Shown: positions 41,940-52,419, counted from the whole stretch's first letter. The stretch: DNA of 63,974 nucleotides, filler included, from Methanobacteriota archaeon (GCA_024860865.1; 6 parts of 6 records of this genome joined end to end with filler, not necessarily neighbours in it); one strand, 5' to 3'. Made by a program: numbers and translations. The notes: generated from the sequence alone by a model not told the origin.

Positions 41940-42695
41940 ATCGCAGTTAGTATAATTGCTATGAACGTGGACATCCCCAGCATTCCAATAATTAGCTGGT
42001 ATAATTGCCGAAGCTGTTGTTGGAGCTGTTTCAGTGCTTGCGCGAAAAAAGCTACTTGTTTTTGTGATGTTAGAGCTATTGAATGATCCTGTGGTGTTTG
42101 ATTTTGATTCTGTGATATTTGATTTTTTAATTTCCCCAATTGGAGACGGAGGCAGTGGCAAAGGGTGCATTATTTTTATACTAAACGTTTTCTTGGTGCT
42201 CTTCTCTATAGCGCCTTGTAAATAAATTACCTCGATAGTAATAGGAATTTTTCTTCCTGGCTTGAATTCTATGTTTTCCAAGCGAAAGGGCGTAAAATTT
42301 ATCGGTATCACATGAACGAATGAAGCTAGTTTTTGCTTATTGAATAGTGCAATGATTTCAGTGATTTCAGTTTTATTTAATTTGCTTATATTGTTCCACT
42401 TGGTGAGCATTTGATACTCATTCGGGGTTATTGCTATCAAAATCTTGGTTAAATTTTCGATGTATACGACTTTTCCATTGGGGGTTTTAACAATAATACT
42501 TTTAACAGTAATATTCTGCAATAAAGGATCAACGTTTGTTACAGTTACTGCCGCATAGGTTAAGTTTCCAGGATTTCTCATTATAGTAGACTTGAGGTCT
42601 GAATCTATTTCTACCAAAGCATAAGCTAACGCACTGAAGTACAAGGCAGTCAAAACAAAAATGGCCAAGGTTATTTTAGCTTTAAAATCTCGCAC
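41940..42695 (-). CDS. Secreted protein with the start of a PHP-type metallohydrolase domain, truncated by contig end
   Basis: Signal peptide; ends WNAGDVHVHSNY. Confidence 0.7.
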
Positions 42696-42704
42696 CTCCT
42701 ATTG

Positions 42705-43082
42705 TTAAAGACGCCAAATCAATAAAGATATTATAAAAGCTCCCATTGTTATACCAATAAACGCGCCTATAAAGCCTAGAATAAAACTTAACGAAGTACG
42801 CCTAAATTGATAAATATTCAAACCGCTAATAAAAGAAATCAAAACATAAATAATGATGAAAGCATAACTTTCGAATCCTAAAAGAATTGCAATTTTAAAT
42901 ATTGGGATAAATCCCACCAAGCTTAAAACAAATCCACTCAATATTCCGAAACTAAATATGCCTAAATTCGTTTTCGTTACCTTTTCTATCCAAAGTTTAA
43001 TCGATAATAATAAGTCTACAATGGGCAAACGAGCTGGCGTGGGGGTTGAACCTTGTGTTTTTTGATTCAATTCATCAGCCAA
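42705..43082 (-). CDS. Membrane protein (~3 TM)
   Basis: Hydrophobic segments. Confidence 0.6.
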   Translation of the reverse strand: MADELNQKTQGSTPTPARLPIVDLLLSIKLWIEKVTKTNLGIFSFGILSGFVLSLVGFIPIFKIAILLGFESYAFIIIYVLISFISGLNIYQFRRTSLSFILGFIGAFIGITMGAFIISLLIWRL

Positions 43083-43277
43083 ATTACTTCTAGGTAAGCA
43101 ATTGTTGTATTTATTTTTTTTGCAACTAACAAAAAAAGCTGAGTTGAATTTCTATTAAAATGATTTATATAAAATTATTTCGTGGTTCAATTTGTTTAAA
43201 AAAAAGTTGACTGCAATTTTCTCAGTAAAAACTGCAATTTTTGCAAGTTGAAACATCTTTTTCATAATTACTCAGAT

Positions 43278-43478
43278 CTACTCGAAGTTAAAAATTGAAG
43301 TCTGGCGACTTTCAGCCAGTTTTTTCTCTTCAATTATTTCTGGCTTAACTTCTTCTCCCAGTTGTTTTTTGATTCTTAAAGCAATTCCTGGCCCAATTGT
43401 TGGTACTTTTGCAAGCTCTTCTATCTTTGCTTCCTTTAACTGGTCTAAAGTACTATGGCCAACACGATATAATTCTTT
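43278..43478 (-). pseudogene. C-terminal HhH fragment resembling the Hel308/Hjm helicase tail
   Basis: ELYRVGHSTLDQLKEAKIEELAKVPTIGPGIALRIKKQLGEE...QTSIFNFE*. Confidence 0.55.
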
Positions 43479-43709
43479 GATGGAATGTCAAGCTAAAGTT
43501 TTTGTTTTATAATTCAATAATTAAGTTCGATCATACTGGAAAGGTTCCTTGGAGAAATTAAAAAATTTTGGGAACAAATAGTTAAAAATCCATCAAAAGG
43601 TAGTTATGCAACAAAGCACAGTAACTTGAAGAAAAATTCACAAGATGTGAGGAAAATTTCACATGAAATGTTTATAAGGTTACGAAGCTGAGTAAGAACT
43701 GGTGCGTAC

Positions 43710-44147
43710 ATGCTATCAAAAGCGAAGCAAGCGACCGTAGTGCTTTCTGGAGAAGTGCAGTACGTTGGATTGCGAGCAGAGATGGAAGAGCTTTTAGCAA
43801 GGCATGGCTTTCCTGGCTTCGTATACAACGACACGAAAGACGGCACGCTGAAGGTGGTGTGCGAAGGAGATGAGGCTGAGATAAGGCAGTTAATTGCTGA
43901 AATAAGCGCAGGGCGTCCCGAGGTCAGGGTATCGCTGAAGGAAGGAGTGGTGCTGCCCAAGCCTGCGGGTAGAGTCGTTATCGGTGTGGAGAGGGAAATT
44001 TTCGAGAGGCTTGATTTGGGAGTTGAAAGACTGGGCTCGATGGATGCCAAGCTTAATAGGCTTGAATCGATGGACACTAAACTCGAATCAATGGATGGGA
44101 CGCTGAAGGACATTAAGGGGCTACTCAAAAAACTCGCTGAGAAATAG
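43710..44147 (+). CDS. Acylphosphatase-fold protein with a coiled-coil tail
   Basis: SGEVQYVGLR, GFVYN..DGTLKVVCEG; heptad tail SMDAKL/SMDTKL/SMDGTL. Confidence 0.8.
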   Translation: MLSKAKQATVVLSGEVQYVGLRAEMEELLARHGFPGFVYNDTKDGTLKVVCEGDEAEIRQLIAEISAGRPEVRVSLKEGVVLPKPAGRVVIGVEREIFERLDLGVERLGSMDAKLNRLESMDTKLESMDGTLKDIKGLLKKLAEK

Positions 44148-44148
44148 G

Positions 44149-44463
44149 TCATATCCTCGACTCCTTTGGTACGTCTTCTTGCCCACTCTCATCGTCGAAA
44201 TCATCAATCGCAGCCCAGCTCGGAGCAGGCGGCGTCGGCGGCTCAGGTGGTCTTATATCAACGATAATATCTACCGTATTGCTCCACCCGCCAGCGTTTC
44301 CCGCGTTGTCTATAGCTCTGACGCGGTAGTAGTACGTCCCGCTCGCCTTTCCAGTAATCAAATACTCAGAGGGTGTTGTCCTGTAAGACGTAGAAGGTGA
44401 AAAGCTCGGATAAACGCTCTCGAACAGCTCGTACTCCTTCAGACCGGACTCATTATCAACCAC
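44149..44463 (-). pseudogene. Fibronectin type III domain fragment
   Basis: DNESGLKEYEL...GTYYYRVRAIDNAGNAGGWS. Confidence 0.6.
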
Positions 44464-44723
44464 GTCGCTTCAGCTCTTTTATCTCAATTTTAAGTGCAAC
44501 ATTTTCCTCTTCCAGTGCGGCATTTTCCTCTTTCAGCGCTAGGTTCTCCTTCCTTAACAAGAGGTTCTCATTGGCTAGCTGGTCAAGCTTTTTTTCCAAA
44601 TTTTTCAAAAATTCCAGAGAGTGAATTTTCCGCTCGGCTTTATTTTCCATGCCTAAAAGAATTGACACTGTTCCATTTTATTGGGTTGTCTGACTAATGG
44701 CAGACTAGCGTCAGCTCAATTAC
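44456..44723 (-). mobile_element. Possible IS66-like left-end remnant with a leucine-zipper N-terminal ORF
   Basis: Minus strand begins GTAATTGAGC at 44723 (IS66 ends start GTAA); ORF with repeated ENxxL heptads. Confidence 0.35.
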
Positions 44724-44764
44724 AATTTTTGGGATTGAATCTCTAATTTTACTTTATGAAGGCC

Positions 44765-45085
44765 TTTCAAGTAGATCTTGGGCCAGGAGGCGTTGAGGCA
44801 TTTGTTGCAGTACAGCCTGCAGAAATAAAATGGTAGAGTAGGAAGAGGAACCAGTCCTCTGTCCCCTCATCAAACAGTACATTGGCTTGCGCCATTAGAA
44901 GAAAATGAAAAAGATTTTGCTGCTGTTTCTCAGCTTCTATTAGTGTGCAGAGAAAGGCCGCTGCACGGTTTGGGACTTGATCCCCAAAATCAAACATGGC
45001 CTTGCCTTTCGCTTAGATGAATGGGCCTAGAGCCCGTATACCAACTTGATTCTAAACAAAGGTTTCTCTGCACGCAAATTAAAAG
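44765..45085 (+). ncRNA. Candidate IS110 bridge/seek RNA in the upstream non-coding end
   Basis: 13-bp stem 44943-44955/45063-45075 enclosing smaller hairpins, directly 5' of the IS110 ORF. Confidence 0.5.
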
Positions 45086-45093
45086 GTGGTTTA

Positions 45094-46115
45094 ATGGGCA
45101 ATAAATTTTGTGGCATAGATGTGCACAAAGACTTTTTTGTAGCCACTTTGCTCAGCAGTGGAAAGGAGACAAGAAGGTTTGAAAACACTGTAGAAGGCAT
45201 ACTAGCTCTAAAAGAGTGGTTGAAAGAAAACAAATGCAAAAAAGTTGCAATGGAAAGCTCAGGAGTTTACTGGGTTCCTTTATACGTTGCCTTAGAAGAG
45301 GATTTTAAAGTTGTAATTGCAAATTCATACCAAATAAAAAGCATTCCTGGGAGAAAAACAGATGCCATAGACTCAGAGTGGATTGCTCAGCTGCTGAAAA
45401 GCAATTTGATTAAGCCCTCTTACATTCCAAAGAAAAAGATCAGAGAGCTTAGAGAATTAACAAGGCTCAGAACTAAATTAGTTCAAAATAGGACTTCATT
45501 CAAAAACAGAATTCACAAAGTATTGGAAAGGACAAACATTCGTTTGGCAAGCGTTTTAAAAGATATTTTTGGAAAATCTGGCCTAGATATACTGCAGGGG
45601 ATCATGAAAGGAGAGAAAATAGAGGAAATAGTTGAAAGGAATGGCAGGATAAAAAAGAAGAAAGAGGAGATAATAAAGGCAATAAGGGGAGAGCTGAGCA
45701 AAGTTGATGTTTTTATCTTAAAAGAATGCATTGAAATGATAAAGGCTATCGATGAAAAAATAAAAGAGATAGAAGCTGCGATTGCAAAGCTAGTTTGCAA
45801 GAAACAATTGAAAATTATTTGCAAGGTTCCAGGGATAGGAAAAAATTCAGCTCCTTCAATAATAGCTGAAATTGGAGACCACGAAAGGTTTCAGACCCAA
45901 AAGAAATTGGTCAGCTGGTCTGGCTTAGCTCCAGGCGTTTATCAATCGGGCGGAAAGAACCTAACCGGATCTATAACAAGAAAGGGCTCAAGGTGGCTAA
46001 GAAGAATAATGGTCGAAGTTGCCCAAGCAGCTTCTAAAAGCAATTCTTCTCTGAGAGCATTCTTCCTAAGGATAGTCGCTAGAAAAGGGAAAAATGTTGC
46101 AATAGTTGCGCTTGC
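45094..46115 (+). mobile_element. IS110-family transposase/recombinase, 3'-truncated
   Basis: DEDD residues in GIDVHK, MESSG and KTDAIDS; C-terminal WSGLAPGVYQSG. Confidence 0.94.
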
Positions 46116-46215
46116 NNNNNNNNNNNNNNNNNNNNNNNNNNNNNNNNNNNNNNNNNNNNTTAATTAATTAANNNNNNNNNNNNNNNNNNNNNNNNNNNNN
46201 NNNNNNNNNNNNNNN

Positions 46216-46380
46216 GCCGAGATTCTCACGGTGACGTTCCGGTCGGCAAAGCTGTGGCTCTTTTAAAGGAACGTTGTGGATTCCTTTAAAGGATTGCTCT
46301 CGGGTAGTCCTTTGTTAGGAATATTCTGATATTCCCTCTTAAAAGAGGTCGGCTGGGATAAGCCGGATATTCGGTGCGGG
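46216..46380. other. GC-rich multi-hairpin non-coding segment at contig start (possible stable-RNA flank)
   Basis: Several consecutive inverted repeats followed by a T-rich tract. Confidence 0.4.
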
Positions 46381-46494
46381 AGATTTTATTTTTATGTCCT
46401 CTTCTTGAGAAAAGCAAAATATTTTGATATTTATTTTTATAAAAACTTACAATTAAGTAATTTCTTTTTTTATGCTAAAAGATTTTTGGAGAGT

Positions 46495-47751
46495 TTACAG
46501 CTTCCTAGTAACCAAATTTCCCTTCAGCTCGCAGTATTCATCTTTTTTTGCTATACACTTTGTTTCAATAAACTTCCATTCCTTGCCTGTAACAAAGCTA
46601 AATATGCCTGCCATTGCGCCGTCTAAAATAAAGCATACTTCTCGACTTAAATCAACTAATGGACTGCAGAAAGAGCAGTGATGATCTCTAATAAAAGCCT
46701 CGCCTCTTTCAAGGTCAAGGTGCACCACCTCAAACTTCCCCCAGCCTCGAACGGTTAGGCTCTCAAGATACGTTTTTATAAGCTCAGTTCCTTTTAATTT
46801 CATGCTTCCAGACATAAATTTTGCAAAGTTGTAGGAGTCTGTGAAACCAACATTATACATTAGTTCATTAACTCTCGCTAAACCAAAACTCTCGCAACTT
46901 TTTCTATAGAATACGCTCAATAAATCAGCTGGAGTTATCAGCACTTTAGTGTTAAAAAGGGTTAAAGTTCCATCTATACCTAGGGTAAGATGTTCTTTCA
47001 TAAATTGAAAGTCTTGGGCAATCATTTTGCCTAGAGCAATTCCAGCTTCGGTAACTTCATATGGCACTTCTTCAGTAGAATGAATTGCTCCACTTAATTT
47101 TCGCACTCTAAGTGTTCTTTGAAGTTTACCCCCAATCTCCTTTGAGCGCAAATCAACTACTCCATCAAGTATATGCTCATTTGTAGTTTCTATTTCATGT
47201 GGGAACATTCCATGGGCAAATATGCTTATTCCGGTGTGCTTAACCTCATGGATTCTGCCGAGCAAACTACGCCCAAGCATTATAGCGCCTGTAGAATTGT
47301 CAGAAATTAGCATTAAGGTTGTAAAAGAATCAAAGACCCATCTAATATTTTTATAGCCTTTATCGATTAACTCATCAATAAGACTATTGACCTGCAATGA
47401 TATCCTTGTAAGGTCCCTTGGTTTCTCAATAAAGAATTTTTCATTAGAAGGTTTCATATGTTCAGGGCGAAAACTCGGAGTATAAGCATCAACTATTATA
47501 AAATTTTCATATTTTTCAAGGTCAGGGGTAAATCTTTTAATTTCATTTTTGATCCAACTTGGGGGATGGTCATATGTTACATAAACACAAGCATCGCCTT
47601 CTTTTAAACCTTGAACAAGATACTGCATCGCAAGCAAATAGGCATAAGCACCAGGGTCTTGGTTAAACATAATAACCGAGCCCTTTGGAATTCCCCCTCC
47701 ACATAAAACATCAAACTCAGCATTTCCGGTCCTAACAAGCTCTATATTCAT
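46495..47751 (-). CDS. KaiC/RAD55-like domain fused to a V4R domain
   Basis: RTGNAEFDVLCGGGIPKG, VFDSFT, RTLRVRKLSG; C-terminal RGWG...ETKCIAKKDEYCE. Confidence 0.88.
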   Translation of the reverse strand: MNIELVRTGNAEFDVLCGGGIPKGSVIMFNQDPGAYAYLLAMQYLVQGLKEGDACVYVTYDHPPSWIKNEIKRFTPDLEKYENFIIVDAYTPSFRPEHMKPSNEKFFIEKPRDLTRISLQVNSLIDELIDKGYKNIRWVFDSFTTLMLISDNSTGAIMLGRSLLGRIHEVKHTGISIFAHGMFPHEIETTNEHILDGVVDLRSKEIGGKLQRTLRVRKLSGAIHSTEEVPYEVTEAGIALGKMIAQDFQFMKEHLTLGIDGTLTLFNTKVLITPADLLSVFYRKSCESFGLARVNELMYNVGFTDSYNFAKFMSGSMKLKGTELIKTYLESLTVRGWGKFEVVHLDLERGEAFIRDHHCSFCSPLVDLSREVCFILDGAMAGIFSFVTGKEWKFIETKCIAKKDEYCELKGNLVTRKL

Positions 47752-47929
47752 GATAATCGATACTATTTTGAGGTTTTTGAACTTTTAAAAATTGCTTTTT
47801 GACATTGATATTGCTGTCACTTGATAACTCAATTTAGGTAAATTGGCAGCAACTTTGAACCGATTAAAAAGTCAAAGTTTGAGGTTTTCAAGAATTATTT
47901 ATATAATCACTTGAATAAGCTTAGATTCT

Positions 47930-48259
47930 ATGGAACGAGCTGTAAAGTATACACTAACAGCAAAAGTAGAAGATGAAATTGAGCTGTTAAAGAGGCATAT
48001 GCTCATCTTAAAATTAGTTTTAGATAACCAACCAATTGGGATTATTAAACTCTCTGAATTGACGAAACTCCCCCAACATCGCGTTAGATACTCTTTAAGA
48101 GTTCTAGAACATGAAGGATTGATCAGACCATCCCCTCAAGGGGCTATACTGACTGAAAAAGCGAGCGAATTTATAAAAACTTCATCTGAAACGCTCGAAC
48201 ACCTCTCAGAAACTTTATCAGAGCTGAAATTGCTAGCAAGCAATCTAAAGAAAAAGTAA
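47930..48259 (+). CDS. Conserved archaeal wHTH protein
   Basis: QPIGIIKLS...HRVRYSLRVLEHEGLIRPSPQGA. Confidence 0.85.
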   Translation: MERAVKYTLTAKVEDEIELLKRHMLILKLVLDNQPIGIIKLSELTKLPQHRVRYSLRVLEHEGLIRPSPQGAILTEKASEFIKTSSETLEHLSETLSELKLLASNLKKK

Positions 48260-48293
48260 ATTTATAATAACAAATTTTCTCTAATTTTAATTT

Positions 48294-48391
48294 GGGCCCG
48301 TGGTCCAGCGGCTAAGAAAAAATTGGCAAACGTCACCCTCACAAGAATACTGAGAGAGGTGAAGATCGGGGTTCGACTCCCCGCGGGCCCA
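48294..48391 (+). tRNA. tRNA-Val(CAC) with two 13-nt introns: D-arm (48317-48329) and 37/38 (48344-48356)
   Basis: BHB1: helix GCTA/TGGC, bulges AG^A and AA^A. BHB2: helix CTCA/TGAG, bulges CA^A and AG^A. Mature GGGCCCG...CT-CAC-AA...CGGGCCCA. Confidence 0.9.
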
Positions 48392-48683
48392 CTATTCCGC
48401 CGTTAAATACTAAAGTTTGTGTTTCTGAGTTATTAATTCTGTCGCTATACAGCACAGGTTTTAGCCATAGAAACGCCTTTTGTCACTTTTGTCATCTTTG
48501 TCACTATTTAGAGTTTATGATTTAAAAATTAATTGAGAGAGAACTTGGATCAATAAATGGGCTATAAAAGGAAATCTATCTTTTGTGAAAAAGCTAACGG
48601 GCGAGACATTACGACCTCTAGAAAAATAAAAATGTTAATTTTATAGAAAGCAGCAAATCAAGACTAGCTAAAAAATCTTGAGG

Positions 48684-48930
48684 TTATCGATATGCTTGAC
48701 GTCTATGCCTAACTACTGGATTTCCACGATATCTTTACTTTTGATTTTGTATATTATCCTATAATCTCCAGCACGTAATTTCCAATATCCTTCCCAATCG
48801 CATGAAGCTTGTCACCGGCCCTAGCGTCATCAAATAATTCGTCTATTGCTAAATCTATTTGCCGTTGCGCATCTTTAGGAAGTTTCTTAATATCGCGTAC
48901 GGCTCTTCTAGTAAAAGTGATTTCAGGCAT
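48684..48930 (-). pseudogene. relE: RelE/ParE toxin pseudogene with two 1-nt deletions
   Basis: MPEITFTRRAVRDIKKL...KLH|DWEGYWKLRAGDYRIIY...IQ|VRHRRQAYR*. Confidence 0.8.
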
Positions 48931-48931
48931 T

Positions 48932-49219
48932 TTATCTTTTCTGCCTTGCTAAGCGAAGAGGTGGATGCCCAAAAACTTCTTCATATGTGTAGATTCCACC
49001 TTTTCTAGAATCTTCTTGAGCTTCTCGAAGTATTCGCAGAGCATGAGGATCTGCCATTTCCTCTAATGTTGCCATTATGCTGTTATATTGTTTAGCTCCC
49101 ATCATAACAGCAATTGGTTTTCCCTTTCTGCTGACCACGATTTGTTTTCCGAGCTCAGCATCTCTAAGAAGTCGTGTTAATCTTTTATGTACTTCCTTCA
49201 CACCAACTACTTCTGCCAA
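48932..49219 (-). CDS. Phd/YefM antitoxin
   Basis: IVVSRKGKPIAVMM...YNSIMATLE. Confidence 0.88.
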   Translation of the reverse strand: MAEVVGVKEVHKRLTRLLRDAELGKQIVVSRKGKPIAVMMGAKQYNSIMATLEEMADPHALRILREAQEDSRKGGIYTYEEVFGHPPLRLARQKR

Positions 49220-49299
49220 AATTTATCACCACATAAATTTTATTTCTTAATTTTTAAATTTGGAAATTCTAAAAATTTTCTTCCTTCTTGAGTTGCAAT

Positions 49300-49480
49300 T
49301 TGATCTCATAAAGTTTTTCTAATGATCCACACTAATTCATCCCAACTAAGAGAAGCGTAGCGGCCTCTAGAGAACCTCCTGCTATTTTGATTAGCACATT
49401 TTTTGCTAATGAAGCTTCCTTTCAATTCGCTCATCATAAATAACGGGGTAAATAAAAACATTCGCATCAATGTATTCTAT
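49300..49480 (-). pseudogene. VapC PIN toxin remnant
   Basis: YIDANVFIY, then several frameshifts (..SWDELVWIIRK). Confidence 0.65.
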
Positions 49481-49718
49481 ATTCTTCCTCAATTTGTTTT
49501 TCTCTGATCTTTTCTATGTCTATTTTTTTCGTTAATTTCTTAGGAACAGTGCAAAATTCTTCCACAAATTGTTTAGGATCTTTGAAAGGTCTCAAGATAA
49601 CTTCTTTTTCTTTAACCTCAAAAATTATTTTTGTCCCCGGTTTAATTCCAAGATGCTCTCGTATATCTTTAGGCACAACTATTTGCCCTTTTTCACCGAT
49701 AACTCTCCTTATTTTCAT
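49467..49718 (-). CDS. AbrB/MazE-family antitoxin
   Basis: GEKGQIVVPKDIREHLGIKPG. Confidence 0.9.
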   Translation of the reverse strand: MKIRRVIGEKGQIVVPKDIREHLGIKPGTKIIFEVKEKEVILRPFKDPKQFVEEFCTVPKKLTKKIDIEKIREKQIEEEYRIH

Positions 49719-49781
49719 TCATACCACGAAGTAAAGAATTAGTAGGAATTGTTATTTAAAATTTTATCAAAACGTGTTGTT

Positions 49782-51485
49782 TCAAAATGCTTCGCGGGGG
49801 ACCAGTAGGTAGTTCACTATGTAAATTTTTACAAATCCATTATCAAATATTTTTTTGAGGTACTCAAGATTTTTATCATCCCGCATTAAACGTGCAAGAA
49901 TGATTTGATTCGTATTTTGAACTTTAGAAATAGACATCATTTGTGCAAAGTCTATTTTTTCAGAATAAGGGCTAACTAAAACATAATTTACCCCAAGCCT
50001 TTTTGCTAATGTAATAGCTTCTTTTTCATCGGATGCACAATAAAAATTTGAGATTAGCGTGAGCGTATCAAAGGTTCCTCGTCCTCCGTCAATGAGTGCT
50101 TTTCTTTCAGCAATTGCTTCAATCCAGTAACCATACCACCACCAAGCCATAACCACTGAATCATTTGGAGTATTTTTATTGAGCCAAATTAGGGCATCAT
50201 ACCACTCGGTATTCATAAGTGGTTCAATCTGGTTGCCTAGCGATACGGCAGCATGCGAACCAATTATCATAACCAAACTAGCTAGGGTAATATTAAAAAT
50301 TTTTACAATTTTGCCCTTTAATGACAATAAAGTTGCAATCACTAACCCGCTTAAAACACTTGCTGGAATTGCTAAAATAAAGAAAAACCGAACCATTTCT
50401 TGAGCCAAGAAAAGAGAAACAAGAAATAATACTAAAAGAAAAACTCCAAAATCAGAAAGTTTTTTGAGAGCTATGTATAACCCGAATGGCAATAGAAAAA
50501 GTTCAAAATTGATAAGTGACAAATAAGTATAGATATCTGGAGATAAACTCTCTGCAGATAACCACGGTCGAAATTTTATGGATTGAAGAATTGAAAATAA
50601 AGAAATTTTATAAAGGGTAAGAAAAACAAGACTAATTAGAACGAAAATTATGACCGCACCAATTAATTTCCAGTTATCATTTACTTTAAAGTAGTAAATA
50701 AATGTGATAAAGAAAAAAACTCCAATCAAGAAGATTTTAATAACAAGTTGCAAAAAGCGATAATGCGGGTGAAGGAGCGCCAAAAAAGTAACCAATATAA
50801 TAACTGCAAAAAATAATATAAGCTCCTTTGAAATTTTCTTTCTAAAACTTTGAACTAAAGCAAAAAAAGCAAAAGCAATTGGCAAAAATACAAATGTGCC
50901 CCATGACATCGCACTTAATAGAAGAAAGATTCCGGCCATGGACAAATTCAATATGGATTCTTTTTTTAAAAATCTAATCGAGAAAAAAAGAGTTAGTATA
51001 ATGAATACAATAGCTAAAGATTCATCATCAGAAAATCCAGCCACTGTTCTGGTGAGAAAAGCAGGGCTAATGGCTAAAAAAATAGAACTAAAAATCCCAA
51101 CTTGTGGATTATACAACTCCTTCGCAAAAAGATAGAAAAGTACCGCTGAAAAAGCTCCAAGAACAGCTGGAAAATACCTACAAAAATCCAAAAGCGTTAT
51201 GTTAATCCTAAAACAAGTGAGTATATTATAAAAAATAGCAAATGTCCAATCTAATATTGGCAGTTGTGTAATCTCAATGCCCTGAGGCCAGAGCAATATA
51301 TCAAATGTCGGCCTAGCTCCACTTTCTACGATATTTTTTATCATTCGATAATGGAAATATGGATCTGCTTCGATTAAATATGGATATCTTGCTGGAATTA
51401 ATCTAATTGCTAAAGCTAAGAGAAAAATCAAAAATAAGATAATAAGGATATAATTCCTTTTCAGCATAAACAAAATTTTGTTCAT
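49782..51485 (-). CDS. STT3/AglB-like oligosaccharyltransferase homolog
   Basis: EADPYFHYR, RTVAGFSDDE, multiple TMs, WLNKNTP..SVVMAWWWYGYWI. Confidence 0.8.
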   Translation of the reverse strand: MNKILFMLKRNYILIILFLIFLLALAIRLIPARYPYLIEADPYFHYRMIKNIVESGARPTFDILLWPQGIEITQLPILDWTFAIFYNILTCFRINITLLDFCRYFPAVLGAFSAVLFYLFAKELYNPQVGIFSSIFLAISPAFLTRTVAGFSDDESLAIVFIILTLFFSIRFLKKESILNLSMAGIFLLLSAMSWGTFVFLPIAFAFFALVQSFRKKISKELILFFAVIILVTFLALLHPHYRFLQLVIKIFLIGVFFFITFIYYFKVNDNWKLIGAVIIFVLISLVFLTLYKISLFSILQSIKFRPWLSAESLSPDIYTYLSLINFELFLLPFGLYIALKKLSDFGVFLLVLFLVSLFLAQEMVRFFFILAIPASVLSGLVIATLLSLKGKIVKIFNITLASLVMIIGSHAAVSLGNQIEPLMNTEWYDALIWLNKNTPNDSVVMAWWWYGYWIEAIAERKALIDGGRGTFDTLTLISNFYCASDEKEAITLAKRLGVNYVLVSPYSEKIDFAQMMSISKVQNTNQIILARLMRDDKNLEYLKKIFDNGFVKIYIVNYLLVPREAF

Positions 51486-51943
51486 AGATACTCCCCCAAA
51501 GAGATGAGAATGTTTAATATACCGATCGATAAACCTGTTGTAATTCCGATTACCAATCCTGTTTTACCAAGCCAACCACAAATTGAAATTACAAAGTATT
51601 GCAAATTTCTGAATGTTTTGATTGAAAAATATATACTTACAAATATCAACATAGCTGGTAGAAAAATAAACAATAGCACAGATGTAGACCAAAACTTGCT
51701 GAAGATAAAATAGTCCAAACAAAGTGCAAAAAGCGCTCCAGAGCACAAGTAAAGGACAATTGTGGTGTACATTTCATTTTTTATTAGAAATATCGCAAAA
51801 CATAATGCTGATAATAAACTGAAAAAACAAAAGCCAGATGCGTTAAATGTATTGGTTATATACCAGCCTATTTTTATAAAGATAGCTACGGTTAAAAGCC
51901 CAAGTGTGGCAATTCCAATTAGAATTTTCTGCCAAGTTTTCAT
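51482..51943 (-). CDS. Membrane protein
   Basis: ~5 hydrophobic segments; overlaps the aglB-like start. Confidence 0.65.
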   Translation of the reverse strand: MKTWQKILIGIATLGLLTVAIFIKIGWYITNTFNASGFCFFSLLSALCFAIFLIKNEMYTTIVLYLCSGALFALCLDYFIFSKFWSTSVLLFIFLPAMLIFVSIYFSIKTFRNLQYFVISICGWLGKTGLVIGITTGLSIGILNILISLGEYL

Positions 51944-52419
51944 AGTATTATAAACACCTTATGGTGCTTAGGTGAAATTATTAATAATTTCGCTCTTCTC
52001 ATGAAGATTGTGATTTGGATTTGAGTCATTTGGTGAAAAAGAGAGAAGTTATTTGCTCCACTATTATGAGATATCGCGGCGAAGAAGTTCGTGAATGGAG
52101 CTCTAAAATTAAAAACACTAGAAGAATTTTGGACTTCAAAGATAGAGAACCTAAAATAAGGGCAACCTCATCTTCACGAAGGGGAAAATAAAATTGTAAT
52201 CTTTGAATTATTGACTGAGCAGTATTTTCATTAAATAGCAAATATTTTGAAACTCCGAAAAGGGATTTAGTTCCATTATAGAAACAACCCAAAATTGAGA
52301 GCAATTAAGGAATTAATGGACTATACTTTTCGTCGGAATCTGAGGAGAATATACCTATCACAAAAGAAGAAAAGCTTTCTCAATAAGCATAAATATCGTT
52401 AAGTATAAAATATTTTAAG

